A stretch of DNA of 64,000 nt. Source: a virus. Lineage: Duplodnaviria > Caudoviricetes. The notes beneath the pieces are model-generated. The model had not been told where the DNA came from and did not search any database. It worked only from the letters and a program-made list of their open reading frames with translations. Within the stretch, counting starts at the first letter, position 1. The number at the start of each line of letters is the position of its first letter. The DNA is taken from the IMG/VR virus record IMGVR_UViG_3300047160_005605, positions 8,229 to 72,228 of that record. One strand, written 5' to 3'. A program made the position numbers and the translations under genes. Shown here in pieces: positions 55,300 through 64,000 of the stretch.

Positions 55300-56145
55300 C
55301 TAGGAAGCAAGCACCCAGCTACATCGACACTGAGGATGTAGCGGTATGACGCCCCGGGCTTCTTCGATGGGGAATACCTCACCTGCCATTGCTGCGCACT
55401 TTGGGCAGGGATCTTCCATTGTCTTCCATTCCACGTCAAGCCGTAGTCTGTCTGCTCCTAGGTTCTCGAATCCATCCAGTTCGCCGTCTGCATGAAAACG
55501 GACGACTTCTGCATGGGAGAGTGGAATGCCTCTCTTCTTTAGGCTCCTTTCTAGATTGGCAGCGAGCGTTCTAGCGAGCGTCCGCGGCGCTACGTTACGG
55601 TGAAGCGCGTCTATGACAATGCGACCGCTCTGTGAGGACAGAGAGGACGCGATATCCGCAAAGTTATGTTCTATCCCTTCGCGCAGCATCTCGAGGCGGC
55701 GGAGGATCTTGCGCTGCTTTAGCAGTGCATCAGCATAACTAGCCGGACCGTGAAGGGAGAAAGGAAAAGACAAGAGCCCGGTGTCTCCCAAAACCAATTG
55801 GGCAGTAGGGTCGAGTATTTCACGTCGGGATTCGTGGTAGGCTCTAAGAACACCGGATTTATACCCCCGATTGACATAATCAACCCACCAGGGGTTTCCA
55901 GTGGCGTCGGTGCGCATAAAGGCATCATCGAGCAGCTTCTCCAGCCAAGTCTTGAATTGTTTGACTCTGGTGGCGTGGCTCTCAAAGACGGTGGCGGGCA
56001 TTCCGAGCCGAAATGCGCCACCAGAGATTTCGGATAGGATTTCTTTCTCTATCGCCGCGTAAACCTTTCGGATCTGCTTTTCAAAGGAGTCTCTGAGGAA
56101 CTTCGTGTGCGAAGGGTCCAGCTTCAAGGCATTCTTGACTAGCAC
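55300..56145 (-). CDS. head morphogenesis protein (SPP1 gp7 / Mu F-like)
   Basis: C-terminal CPKC...IP.HPQCRC motif; follows the portal. Confidence 0.85.
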   Translation of the reverse strand: MLVKNALKLDPSHTKFLRDSFEKQIRKVYAAIEKEILSEISGGAFRLGMPATVFESHATRVKQFKTWLEKLLDDAFMRTDATGNPWWVDYVNRGYKSGVLRAYHESRREILDPTAQLVLGDTGLLSFPFSLHGPASYADALLKQRKILRRLEMLREGIEHNFADIASSLSSQSGRIVIDALHRNVAPRTLARTLAANLERSLKKRGIPLSHAEVVRFHADGELDGFENLGADRLRLDVEWKTMEDPCPKCAAMAGEVFPIEEARGVIPLHPQCRCSWVLAS

Positions 56146-56342
56146 TTTAACTCCACTGAGCGCATCTCGCGCCGGACTATCGCAATCGCCTCCTTTTGAC
56201 TGAATTGCTCGCCATGTCTCGTCCAGATCGCAGGACCGTCTCTTGGGCGTGAGAAGATCCTGAACTCGAACTTTCGCAGCGTTGTATCATCGGGATGTAT
56301 ATCACGGTTTTCAGTGGTAAGGTCAGATGACTGCGCCACCAC
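56139..56342 (-). CDS. hypothetical protein
   Basis: GGAGG RBS; lies between portal and head morphogenesis genes. Confidence 0.5.
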   Translation of the reverse strand: MVAQSSDLTTENRDIHPDDTTLRKFEFRIFSRPRDGPAIWTRHGEQFSQKEAIAIVRREMRSVELKC

Positions 56343-57930
56343 TAGCCTCCCTTATTCCTCTGGCGACGGCCCGTGAGGCGTCGATAGCCGCCGTTGCCCT
56401 AGTAGAACCAGGTCCCGTTCCCGTGATGCCCTTCTGTGGCTTTTGCTGCTTGCCCTTGCCGTTAGTACCACCACCACCATTAGTGCCTTGCAAGAGTTGA
56501 GCATTCATCTTCTTCATTTGGGTCTGGAAGTCGCCTGACTCTAGGATCGCTTCGGCTTGCTCGGGCGTCATCCCAAGCAGCACGGTAAAGAACTCATAGG
56601 GAGGGACAAGGTTATACGCTCCCGAAGTGACGTACTGAACGATGGCTTGCGTGCGCGTGATTCCTAAATTAGCTTTGTCTTGGTCAGTAGGCTTATTAAG
56701 ATCGGGCCAGTTCACTATCACTCTGTCATCGGGTTCGGGCAGAACGCCTGTGTAGATAAGCCGATTAGCAAACGGCTTAATCAGCATCGGCGTAAGGTAT
56801 TTGTGTTGCCGCTTGCGCATTCTTTCGTTCCACGTCCTTTTATTCATCGCCGACGCTAGCTTGCCTTCTTCCATACCAAGAAGTAAAGGCAGAGGGCAAC
56901 CGATGCTCGCCGCGATAGCTTGCAATTGTTCGTTGATGTGATAGCGCGGCGAGGCTACCTGCGGAGCAAGCGACTTCGCTTTCATGCCAACCATCGGCAG
57001 GTAACGCATCAACCCTGCCTGGAATGCTTCTAATTCCTGTCGCGTGCCTTCACGGTCAAATTCTGCTTCGCTCGCTATCTCAGGGTCAATCTCAAAAGAA
57101 TAGCCCGGGAAAGCACCCTTCCAGAACATTTCGGCGCTGCCGCCAAGCAGCTTGCGCAAGTCTATGAGTCTATTCAACACCGGCCGCATTCTCGGTACGC
57201 CAAAGACTTCACCCGACTTGCGACAATCGGCGACATGGATAATGCGCGACCAGTGCACCCTGCGAAAGTAATTGCCGGCGACTAGCACGGCTTCGGGAAT
57301 GCCCGTTGTCACATCTACAAAGCGCACGGAATAGAAGTTTGGCGTCGCATAGCGCGGGTTGTAGCGGTCCTGCTCGAAGGCTTGCACTCTGACTTGGGTT
57401 TCGTCAAAAGCCCGCAAGTACACTATGCCCATATTGGGATCGGCTTTGCCATTGGGCCTGCCTTGCTCGTCTATGCCGTCTACAGGGTCCCATAGCTCTT
57501 TGCCGTCATTGAAGCCGATGAGAATCACCCCGTAGAAGCCGATCCCGCTAAGCTGGTCGATGCGATGGAGATAATGGTAGATATCGTGCTGGTCGCACAG
57601 ATCGCGCCAAGCACCCTCAAACTTCGTTTCCTTCCTGCCTTCGCTCTCCACTAGCTCGGGATCCTCTGCCCAACATTCGTCAGGCATGATATCGACTACG
57701 CGCGTGGCGATGCCTTCCCGGTCATACATACGGCGATACTGATAAGGCGTGAACTCGATGGGATAGCCGCACTCACGGTCGATATCGTGCTTGAGGTCGA
57801 TCATACGGTCGAGAAGAGATGTCCGCGCGATCAGCGAGTAGGTCTGGAAGAATGATTCGTAGTTGTTGACCATCTCGTTTTTGGTCAAGCGCTCAAGGGG
57901 AATAGCAGGAAGCATCTTGGGACGTGGCAT
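56323..57930 (-). CDS. portal protein (DUF1073/HI1409-like)
   Basis: Y.R.GIA.RVVD..P...W, IHWSRIIH, G.P.MRPV.NRL.DL.K..GG.AEMFW motifs; follows TerL. Confidence 0.88.
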   Translation of the reverse strand: MPRPKMLPAIPLERLTKNEMVNNYESFFQTYSLIARTSLLDRMIDLKHDIDRECGYPIEFTPYQYRRMYDREGIATRVVDIMPDECWAEDPELVESEGRKETKFEGAWRDLCDQHDIYHYLHRIDQLSGIGFYGVILIGFNDGKELWDPVDGIDEQGRPNGKADPNMGIVYLRAFDETQVRVQAFEQDRYNPRYATPNFYSVRFVDVTTGIPEAVLVAGNYFRRVHWSRIIHVADCRKSGEVFGVPRMRPVLNRLIDLRKLLGGSAEMFWKGAFPGYSFEIDPEIASEAEFDREGTRQELEAFQAGLMRYLPMVGMKAKSLAPQVASPRYHINEQLQAIAASIGCPLPLLLGMEEGKLASAMNKRTWNERMRKRQHKYLTPMLIKPFANRLIYTGVLPEPDDRVIVNWPDLNKPTDQDKANLGITRTQAIVQYVTSGAYNLVPPYEFFTVLLGMTPEQAEAILESGDFQTQMKKMNAQLLQGTNGGGGTNGKGKQQKPQKGITGTGPGSTRATAAIDASRAVARGIREASGGAVI

Positions 57931-57938
57931 AACTCACC

Positions 57939-60166
57939 CTATAAAGGACCTACTCGCAAGCGGGCTTTGCTGAGTATTGTAAAGGCACCCGAAGCAGCGT
58001 CAACTTGGTCAGCATACTTCCCCACTGGGAAATAGGTCAACTCGCTGATGAACTCCTCAATCCAGGGCGCACCTTCGATAAGGTAGACGTTGCCCATATT
58101 GACCTGCGTACTGAATGGATCGGCACGAATCACCTTGCTTCCCTGCGAGCCCGTGGGTCGGACAATGCGCGTATGGTATCCCGACAACCTTCTGGCCGTT
58201 CCTTCTGCTGATTCTTTGCCTCCTGATCCTGGCTCTTGCTCGATTCCGACGTAGACTAGCTTACCGTCATTCTTGGCAGTCTGCAAGATGAGTTTCTCCC
58301 TGATCGCCGAATCAACCTGTACTCTGATGATATCGAGCACCCAATAGACGATTTCCATCGTCACGCCCATGAGACAGCCTACGGTATAGGCTCCTCCGCC
58401 CATGGTATTGTGAACGAGTACCCCATTGGCAAAAAATTCATGCTCTTTTCTGACCTCAAGATTGTAGACGGGCACGCTTCCTTGCCTGACGGCCGCATTG
58501 ATGCGAACAATATCGGATTGCACACACGTCGGTATGCCGAGACTCGAAAGTTTCGCCGCAGTACGCACAGACATATTGTTGGTAAGTACGATTCTGCCAA
58601 AGCTTCCGCGCCGCCCTACTGAGCATCTTTCTAAAGGCAGGTTGCTTTGTGTGGATAGCACGATGCTTCTTTCGCGGGAGGCATTCAAGGTTCGACAGAG
58701 CGTGGTTATCGTGGTTTCCGTCCTTGTGATGGATATGATGGCCGTCGGGTATATCGCCTCGAAAAAATCTCCACTTAGCTTGCTGCAAGGTCTCGTTACG
58801 GTATGAGCCGTTGAAGTAGCGCATGGTCTCGAAATACTTCCTCCCTGGGCGTCGGCGGTACCTGATGCCGTTGAACACAATAATCTCCGTGTCCTTATAC
58901 GCTTTCGGTCCTCGCATAGCTGTCTCCTCGAAGTTAGAGCACGGTGGTTATCACGAAGGCTATCAATCGCCGTCCAGGTATCTCCTCCCGTGTAAAGAGG
59001 ATGATCGTTGGTACCCCAGAGAACCACTCCATTGCTGAATAAAACCCCCCATACCTCATCGACAAAGCCAGAAACCCCTGCCCAATGAACTTCCTGATAA
59101 CCGTTGCGAGTTAGGACAAGATCACCAGTCCGAATGCTCGCAATAGGTTTTTGACCATAGGGTGTATCAATTAGTGTACATTCGTACAGGCAAGCCGCCT
59201 TGTCCCAATACCTCACCATACGACGGAAGTTCTTGGGGCGAATGCCATAGCGAAATCTGTCCGTCTTGAACATGCCCCCGCCGGGAGGCGAAGGCGTCTG
59301 CTGAAACTGTCCTGCATAGCCGTAAGCGCCTAATTCTCTATAAGCCTCTCTGAGGATAGACTTAGAGAGCCGTATCGGATCTAAAAGGTTGTCTGTGTAG
59401 TGTTCTTTTGCCGAGGGTGGGGAAATATCTTCGCTCAATTCGGCCGGTAAGCAGATATGCCGGAGACCAACCTGTTCTTCTTCCGTATCAGCAAGTTGCC
59501 AGACGGGTCGTTCTGGTGTAGTCTCTGCATTATCAAAATCAAAGGTGATACGGCTTTGTCCACTTTCCTTTGACTGAGTTGCTGGCCCATCCATTGGTTG
59601 ACCTCCTTGAGTCTTGCCTCTGATAAGACTTCAAGCGGATCTATCGGATCGTCCACTATCAAGAAATGGCCGTGCATCCCGAGAACACTACCGCCTACAC
59701 CGACGGAGAATCTATCCCCTTGCTTGTAATTGGCGAAGTAGCCCTTCGTATCTTGGTCACTTCTAAGCTTTATGTCTGGGAACGAGTTGCGGTACCTATC
59801 TGAGCGTATCACATCCCGGCATTTGCGGCTTAGGTCTAGCGCCAATCTATCAGCATAGGACCCGCAGATGAAGCGACAATGCGGCATGCGCGTCCAACAC
59901 CAAGCAGGGAACATGATAGAGCACACTGTGCTCTTAGTAGTTCCCGGAGGGACGTTAATGAGGAGGTCGTACTTACGGGGCAGCCCTCTAAACACGCGAT
60001 CGGCGAGAGTTTGCAACTCTTGACAGATGTAGGGGATGTGCCAGTTCCAGACGGGTTTTTCGGAGGAGACTTCATACCAGAACTCCTTCACAAAGTCGAA
60101 GAGGGACTCCCGACATATAGAGGCGAGTAAATCCTTTTCTTCCAGCTGGTAGTTCTTATGCGCCAT
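57939..60166 (-). CDS. terL: terminase large subunit, in two frames (59435..60166 then 57939..59594) and intein-containing
   Basis: Walker A INVPPGTTKST, Walker B LIVDDP, coupling motif IMQRLH; nuclease RYWDKA, EQEPGSGGK, YADQVDA; frame change needed between 59500 and 59462. Confidence 0.9.
58407..59192 (-). mobile_element. intein (262 aa) in the TerL nuclease domain
   Basis: Block A CLYECTLIDT, block B TNDHPL, blocks F/G VYNLEV..HEFFANGVLVHN, +1 Thr; excision restores WDKAA-TMGGGAYTVG. Confidence 0.93.
58456..58917 (-). CDS. HNH homing endonuclease nested in an alternative frame within the intein
   Basis: GAGGAG RBS 6 nt before ATG; HIHHKDGNHDNHALSNLECL..KKH HNH motif; CAYC...CSHQC zinc finger. 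Confidence 0.88.
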   Translation of the reverse strand: MRGPKAYKDTEIIVFNGIRYRRRPGRKYFETMRYFNGSYRNETLQQAKWRFFRGDIPDGHHIHHKDGNHDNHALSNLECLPRKKHRAIHTKQPAFRKMLSRAARKLWQNRTYQQYVCAYCGETFESRHTDVCAIRYCSHQCGRQARKRARLQS

Positions 60167-60169
60167 GAT

Positions 60170-60418
60170 TCACTGCGCAATAACATCCATACCGATGAGG
60201 ATGATTACTTCCAGGTCGCCAAGACCCGCCTTTTTAAGCGCTTCCTGGATATTTGCTTTCAGAGCGTCTACGCCGCAGTCTATGACTTCTTGGGCGTATT
60301 CGTCTCTGACGGATAAGATCAAAGCCCGCGTCTTGTCCGTGACGTGCACCATGCTACCAAGCCACGGGACGGCCGTAGCTATCCGAGAGAACTCGCGGCG
60401 TGATAAGTGTACCGACAT
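60170..60418 (-). CDS. hypothetical protein with twin-arginine-like N-terminus
   Basis: GGAGG RBS; MSVHLSRREF. Confidence 0.55.
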   Translation of the reverse strand: MSVHLSRREFSRIATAVPWLGSMVHVTDKTRALILSVRDEYAQEVIDCGVDALKANIQEALKKAGLGDLEVIILIGMDVIAQ

Positions 60419-60429
60419 AAGCAGCCTCC

Positions 60430-60516
60430 AAATAAAAAGGCGGGAAGAACAGGAAACCCCCATCGCAGCCCAGGACGCCAGTTCCGGACTTGAGAGATCC
60501 CATTACTTCCCGCCTT
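60430..60516 (-). promoter_or_regulatory. long-loop stem with U-tract before an RBS
   Basis: AAGGCGGGAAG/CTTCCCGCCTT 11-bp closing stem (60506-60516/60437-60447), then TTTATTT and GGAGG. Confidence 0.5.
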
Positions 60517-60519
60517 GCG

Positions 60520-60708
60520 TTAGAGCATCGTCGTCAAGGCTTTCAGGTGGGCCATTTGCTCGACGCGCTTCATGAGCCGGCGAAGCCGCCCCACCTCCTT
60601 ATGGAGAGACTTCACCTGCTCGCGCAGATCGCGGTTTTCATGCCAAAGCTGCGAACAGCTTTTGCAACCGACGTGCCTATCTGCACTGGTGAAGTTTTCC
60701 ATTACCAC
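60520..60708 (-). CDS. small protein, CxxC + coiled coil
   Basis: AGGAGG RBS; CKSC then a heptad pattern. Confidence 0.6.
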   Translation of the reverse strand: MVMENFTSADRHVGCKSCSQLWHENRDLREQVKSLHKEVGRLRRLMKRVEQMAHLKALTTML

Positions 60709-60751
60709 CTCCTACTCTCATACCGTTGTCCCGTGTTCATGGCTGTCCTCT

Positions 60752-61627
60752 CTACGATGTAAATTCGGCGTCTATCACTTCGGCCGCCGACTTAGCCTTA
60801 TTGTCTAAGTGTTGTATATTATCTTCTTGATGCGAGATTGCAAGGGGATGTTGCGTCCCATTCTTTTCCCGTATGGCTTCAAGCACCTGTCGCTTGAGGT
60901 CTAGAGGCAAATCTTCTAACGTCAAATGCGCGTGGGCATGGGCGTGATCGACTTTGCCTTTGACATTGAGTTCCACCCGAGAATCATAGCCGCGACCTTT
61001 GTTAAAGGTGCGATTAGCAAAGATGGTAGCTGCGCCGTCGCCTTTGCGGACTAAATCTATCAAAGCACCCTCAAAGAAGTCGCCTTTGATGGTGTTAATC
61101 TCTCTTACCAATGCCAAGAAGTCAGGATCTTCGTCGCCCCAGTGCTTGACTTCGGTGCTTTTCACGCCCACCTTACGACATGCTTCACTGACCATAAAGT
61201 TAGAGTGGAAGAGGGCGTATAAGAATAAGTGCTGCCTTGCCTTCTTCCCGGCATCTTCCAGCATACTTTCTATCCGGCGAATGTCGTTGGTAGTCTCTTC
61301 GCACTCGTTTATCTCAGACCAAAGTCTTTGCAGTCTGGGGTCTAACCTGCCGAAGATGAACTCCTTCAGAGTGAGCGCATGCACGCCCATCTTATCGGTG
61401 CGGCGTGCTTTTCTAAGTGCTTCATCTAAGCCGGGATGCTCTTTGCGCCAGACTAAGAACCTATGCAAGGTGACACCTAAGGCTCGCGCTATCTGGATGT
61501 CTACCAGGCCGCTGCGGGCAAGCTCATAGCTCTTGAGGATATGCCTCTCATCCCAATGGTACTTCTTGTACCTGTGACCAGAGGGGGCGGGCCGCAACCT
61601 CTTGCGCTTGCGATACTCTACTACCAT
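60752..61627 (-). CDS. terS: terminase small subunit
   Basis: Two HTH-like segments, AATIFA..T...RGY and a VDH/HAH tail; upstream of TerL. Confidence 0.75.
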   Translation of the reverse strand: MVVEYRKRKRLRPAPSGHRYKKYHWDERHILKSYELARSGLVDIQIARALGVTLHRFLVWRKEHPGLDEALRKARRTDKMGVHALTLKEFIFGRLDPRLQRLWSEINECEETTNDIRRIESMLEDAGKKARQHLFLYALFHSNFMVSEACRKVGVKSTEVKHWGDEDPDFLALVREINTIKGDFFEGALIDLVRKGDGAATIFANRTFNKGRGYDSRVELNVKGKVDHAHAHAHLTLEDLPLDLKRQVLEAIREKNGTQHPLAISHQEDNIQHLDNKAKSAAEVIDAEFTS

Positions 61628-61644
61628 AATTTACGCCTTTCTAC

Positions 61645-61845
61645 TTACGGAGGTCCGCTCATGGGTGGCAATCCCATGTTCGTCAACACTCGATTGATCG
61701 CCGTACCCACCGTCACACGATCCTCATCGCAGAGGTGCATAGACACGGTCCAGTATTCCTTTTCGACTCCCGATAGGGTGATGGTGGTCGTGACGACCGG
61801 AACATCTGTGCTGTTCGGTCTCTGGCACTTGTCGCAAACCAGCAT
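61645..61845 (-). CDS. small hypothetical metal-binding protein
   Basis: CDKC ... HLC. Confidence 0.6.
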   Translation of the reverse strand: MLVCDKCQRPNSTDVPVVTTTITLSGVEKEYWTVSMHLCDEDRVTVGTAINRVLTNMGLPPMSGPP

Positions 61846-61857
61846 GGAAAGTTACTC

Positions 61858-62430
61858 CTAAAGCTGCGGCGGGCGATCCCGCCAGGATTGTGGTCGCAAG
61901 TCCTTCCACTTGTTCAGATTACGCTGAGCCTGCTCGCAGATCGCCCGATCCGCTTCCTGCCAAGTCGGAGACTCCCGCCAGGATTTCTTGGGATCAGGTA
62001 GACGGTATACGTCCTGACCAACATGCTCCACCTGGTCCTCCGGCTCCTGCCCGTAGCGAAGGCCGCTTGGTGATTCTCGCCAGGTAGACTGGACAACGCC
62101 ATCTCTTATCAGATGACCATGTTCCCGAACCACGCGGCACTCTCGCCAGCTGGCTCGCCACTTCTTCATCTCGCCCGTCAGCATGTCCGGTCCTATGACG
62201 AACAGCGGATGCTCCTTGCATAGATCGCAGTTGCAGACGTACATCTGCTCTGCGAATTGACGCTCACGCGTCATTGCCTCCTGGGAATCTGGCACCATCA
62301 GCCGCTCGATAGCGTCGCAGACGGAGTTCATTTTCTCGGTTGTCATATACGGAATGATGACATTCCGACGTGCTTGAGTCATCCATTCCTGCACCACCTT
62401 GACCGCTTCCTCACGTGTACCTTGCCACAT
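61858..62430 (-). CDS. hypothetical protein
   Basis: AAGGAG RBS before ATG 62430; C.CDLC; repeated (S/T)WR(E/D) motif. Confidence 0.65.
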   Translation of the reverse strand: MWQGTREEAVKVVQEWMTQARRNVIIPYMTTEKMNSVCDAIERLMVPDSQEAMTRERQFAEQMYVCNCDLCKEHPLFVIGPDMLTGEMKKWRASWRECRVVREHGHLIRDGVVQSTWRESPSGLRYGQEPEDQVEHVGQDVYRLPDPKKSWRESPTWQEADRAICEQAQRNLNKWKDLRPQSWRDRPPQL

Positions 62431-62453
62431 AGTCTTCTCCTTTCGGCACCATT

Positions 62454-62663
62454 TCACATCTCCCAAATATAGATTTTCCTGGCAAGGGAAAGCAAATACT
62501 GCGCTAAGGTCACTGCCTCCTTTCGCGTGTCGAAGAGGCGGTCACCATACGTCCCGTCGGCAAACTCGGCTCCGACTATCCAAAGGTCAGAGCCCGTGGC
62601 CGGGAAATGGATGTCCACCTTCCTGCCATTCCTGAGCACCAGCCTAACTCGGTGCATCTTCAC
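62454..62663 (-). CDS. hypothetical protein
   Basis: GGAGG RBS region upstream. Confidence 0.6.
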   Translation of the reverse strand: MKMHRVRLVLRNGRKVDIHFPATGSDLWIVGAEFADGTYGDRLFDTRKEAVTLAQYLLSLARKIYIWEM

Positions 62664-62677
62664 TCTCTATATGCCTC

Positions 62678-62716
62678 CTAACTCAACTTCCTAACTCAAC
62701 TTCCTAACTCAACTTC
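62678..62716. repeat. 13-bp tandem repeat x3 (CTAACTCAACTTC)
   Basis: Exact copies at 62678, 62691 and 62704. Confidence 0.95.
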
Positions 62717-62979
62717 TCCTGCCTTAGCCTCCAAGCGAGCAAGGCCATCTCCTTGTACGTCCTGGCCTTCGCCGGTTCTATGCCTCCTGACTCAACCGGC
62801 AGCTTCCTGATCGCCTTCTCCCCCAGCCTGACGAGCGCTTGGAAGTTCATCTTGTCCGCTGCCTCCAGCTTGTCTAGGAAATCCACCAGCCTATGTGCCT
62901 CCTCTAGCACCTTCTTTGCTCGCCTGAGCGTCCTGTCCACTATCCCGTCCAATGCCCTTGAACTCAATTCCTTGGTCAT
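62704..62979 (-). CDS. hypothetical protein (first gene of the minus-strand arm)
   Basis: GGAGG RBS. Confidence 0.65.
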   Translation of the reverse strand: MTKELSSRALDGIVDRTLRRAKKVLEEAHRLVDFLDKLEAADKMNFQALVRLGEKAIRKLPVESGGIEPAKARTYKEMALLAWRLRQEKLS

Positions 62980-63140
62980 GGCTAAACCTCCTATGTTCTG
63001 TCAATACATAGCAATTCTCCTTATGCCATGTCAAGGCGGAGCGAAAAAAACAAGCACATTCGCCAGCCAAGGGACATAGTGCTCTGCTATGTGCTGCCAG
63101 ATATGATTTATACCACCGGAAAAAATTTTTGCCAACACCT

Positions 63141-63219
63141 AAAAATTTCTAGGAGGTTTAACCGGAAAAAATTTCTAGGAGGTTTAACCGGAAAAAATTT
63201 CTAGGAGGTATTAACTGGA
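63141..63219. repeat. 26-bp tandem repeat (iteron-like), two exact copies and one degenerate
   Basis: AAAAATTTCTAGGAGGTTTAACCGGA at 63141 and 63167; variant at 63193; partial copy near 63115. Confidence 0.92.
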
Positions 63220-63237
63220 TGTCAAGGCCCGAACGTT

Positions 63238-63905
63238 TGTTCAGTGCACAACTGTACACTGCGCGACCGTACACCTATTTGAGAGTTTGCCGATCGCAAT
63301 TGTCTCTGACATTTGAGACATGAAATATCTCAATTGTCGCTGACAATTGAGAGTGAGATTATCTCACAATGACAGCGCCATGTCATTGCCGAACATTTGA
63401 GATAGAGATAGTCTGAATATCGCAATTGTCGCTCTCTCGCAGCAATGTTAGACAATTGGGATTGAAAGAGTAGAGATATCTCAAATATAGCGTAAACACT
63501 CGTTTATATGTCGATGCACTTATGCGAGCACAGAGCTAGAGCTTTGTATAAGCTTATGCTTATACGTTTAGGCGAGATTAGAGATAGCAGATAGTAGTTA
63601 TTGCAATGCGCCATAGAACAGCAGTGCATAGCAGCGCTCGCAGTGCTCGCAGAGCAGAGCATATACAGCACAAAACAAAGCACTTGGGCAGAGCGTCGAG
63701 CAGAGCGAGCGAGTGAGAGCGAGAGCGACAGTGACAGCGCCATGTCAATTCAGAGACATAAACATATGCTTATGCTTTGCGAGTGACGGCGCTTGACGTG
63801 TGCTCTGTGCTGTCGCTCTTGCAGCTTACTTAGCGCGCTAACTATTTTTCGCTCGATCTTGAATAAATTTTAAGTGCTTGCGCTTGCCGAAGTTGTGTTC
63901 AGTGC
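63238..63905. repeat. non-coding array of short palindromes and direct repeats
   Basis: CAATTGTC/GACAATTG x5 (63297, 63331, 63342, 63423, 63451); TGACAGCGCCATGTCA x2 (63370, 63732); TGTTCAGTGC x2 (63238, 63896). Confidence 0.75.
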
Positions 63906-64000
63906 GAGCGACTGACAAAGTATTAGCAGTGTATGCTCTGCTATCTTGCATACGCTCTCACAGTGTTGTGAGAGCACTTGAAAACTAGACTTGAGTTGCT

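Noticed and set aside
63141-63219. CRISPR array
   Set aside because: The repeats are directly adjacent with no unique spacers, and there are no cas genes.
62995-63230. Sigma70 promoters for the minus-strand arm
   Set aside because: Two TTGACA hexamers occur on the minus strand (~63028-63033 and ~63220-63225), but the -10 matches at 16-18 nt are poor.
63504-63786. ORFs in the terminal region
   Set aside because: Low-complexity translations of AG/GC repeats with no RBS.
1-64000. Genome-wide stop-codon reassignment
   Set aside because: Core genes are intact under code 11 and many end in TGA or TAG with coupled starts; only one internal TGA was found.
1-64000. tRNA/tmRNA genes, integrase, reverse transcriptase or DGR
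   Set aside because: No T-loop GGTTCGA cloverleaf, recombinase catalytic motif or YxDD RT motif was seen by eye; a tRNAscan/HMM run would be needed to exclude them fully.

Overview
The window is most of the genome of a tailed dsDNA phage (siphovirus-type gene order), very probably infecting a planctomycete (Gemmataceae-like). Host evidence: a planctomycete-type LEDRLTPS export motif, SpoVG with a zinc-ribbon insert, a short CAP protein and small Gly/Cys/Pro-rich secreted proteins. The plus strand (1 to ~30550) carries early and regulatory genes, a full replication/recombination module and a complete 7-deazaguanine DNA-modification operon (queD-queE-queC-folE-queF-dpdA). The replication module comprises an SNF2 helicase, primase, DnaB, beta clamp, DnaX, split PolA, gp32-like SSB, UvsY, RecA, a 5'-3' exonuclease and a split SbcC with SbcD. 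The minus strand (~62980 down to 30539) carries terminase, portal, head, neck and tail genes, with a cassette of secreted proteins inserted in the head module. The last ~1 kb is non-coding and rich in repeats and palindromes. No integrase, tRNA, CRISPR array or recognisable endolysin was seen. Most unusual observations: (1) a TerL intein whose HNH endonuclease is encoded in an overlapping reading frame with its own RBS; (2) a late-operon cassette of secreted low-complexity proteins plus a trypsin-like protease, one gene having an in-frame TGA where a neighbouring cassette gene has Cys (possible selenocysteine); (3) a ~600-nt densely base-paired intergenic RNA candidate; (4) a possibly circularly permuted DpdA and an N-terminally extended QueF; (5) one putative glycosidase domain present both as a free gene and inside the tail fibre. 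All family assignments come from motif recognition by eye; no database searches were run.
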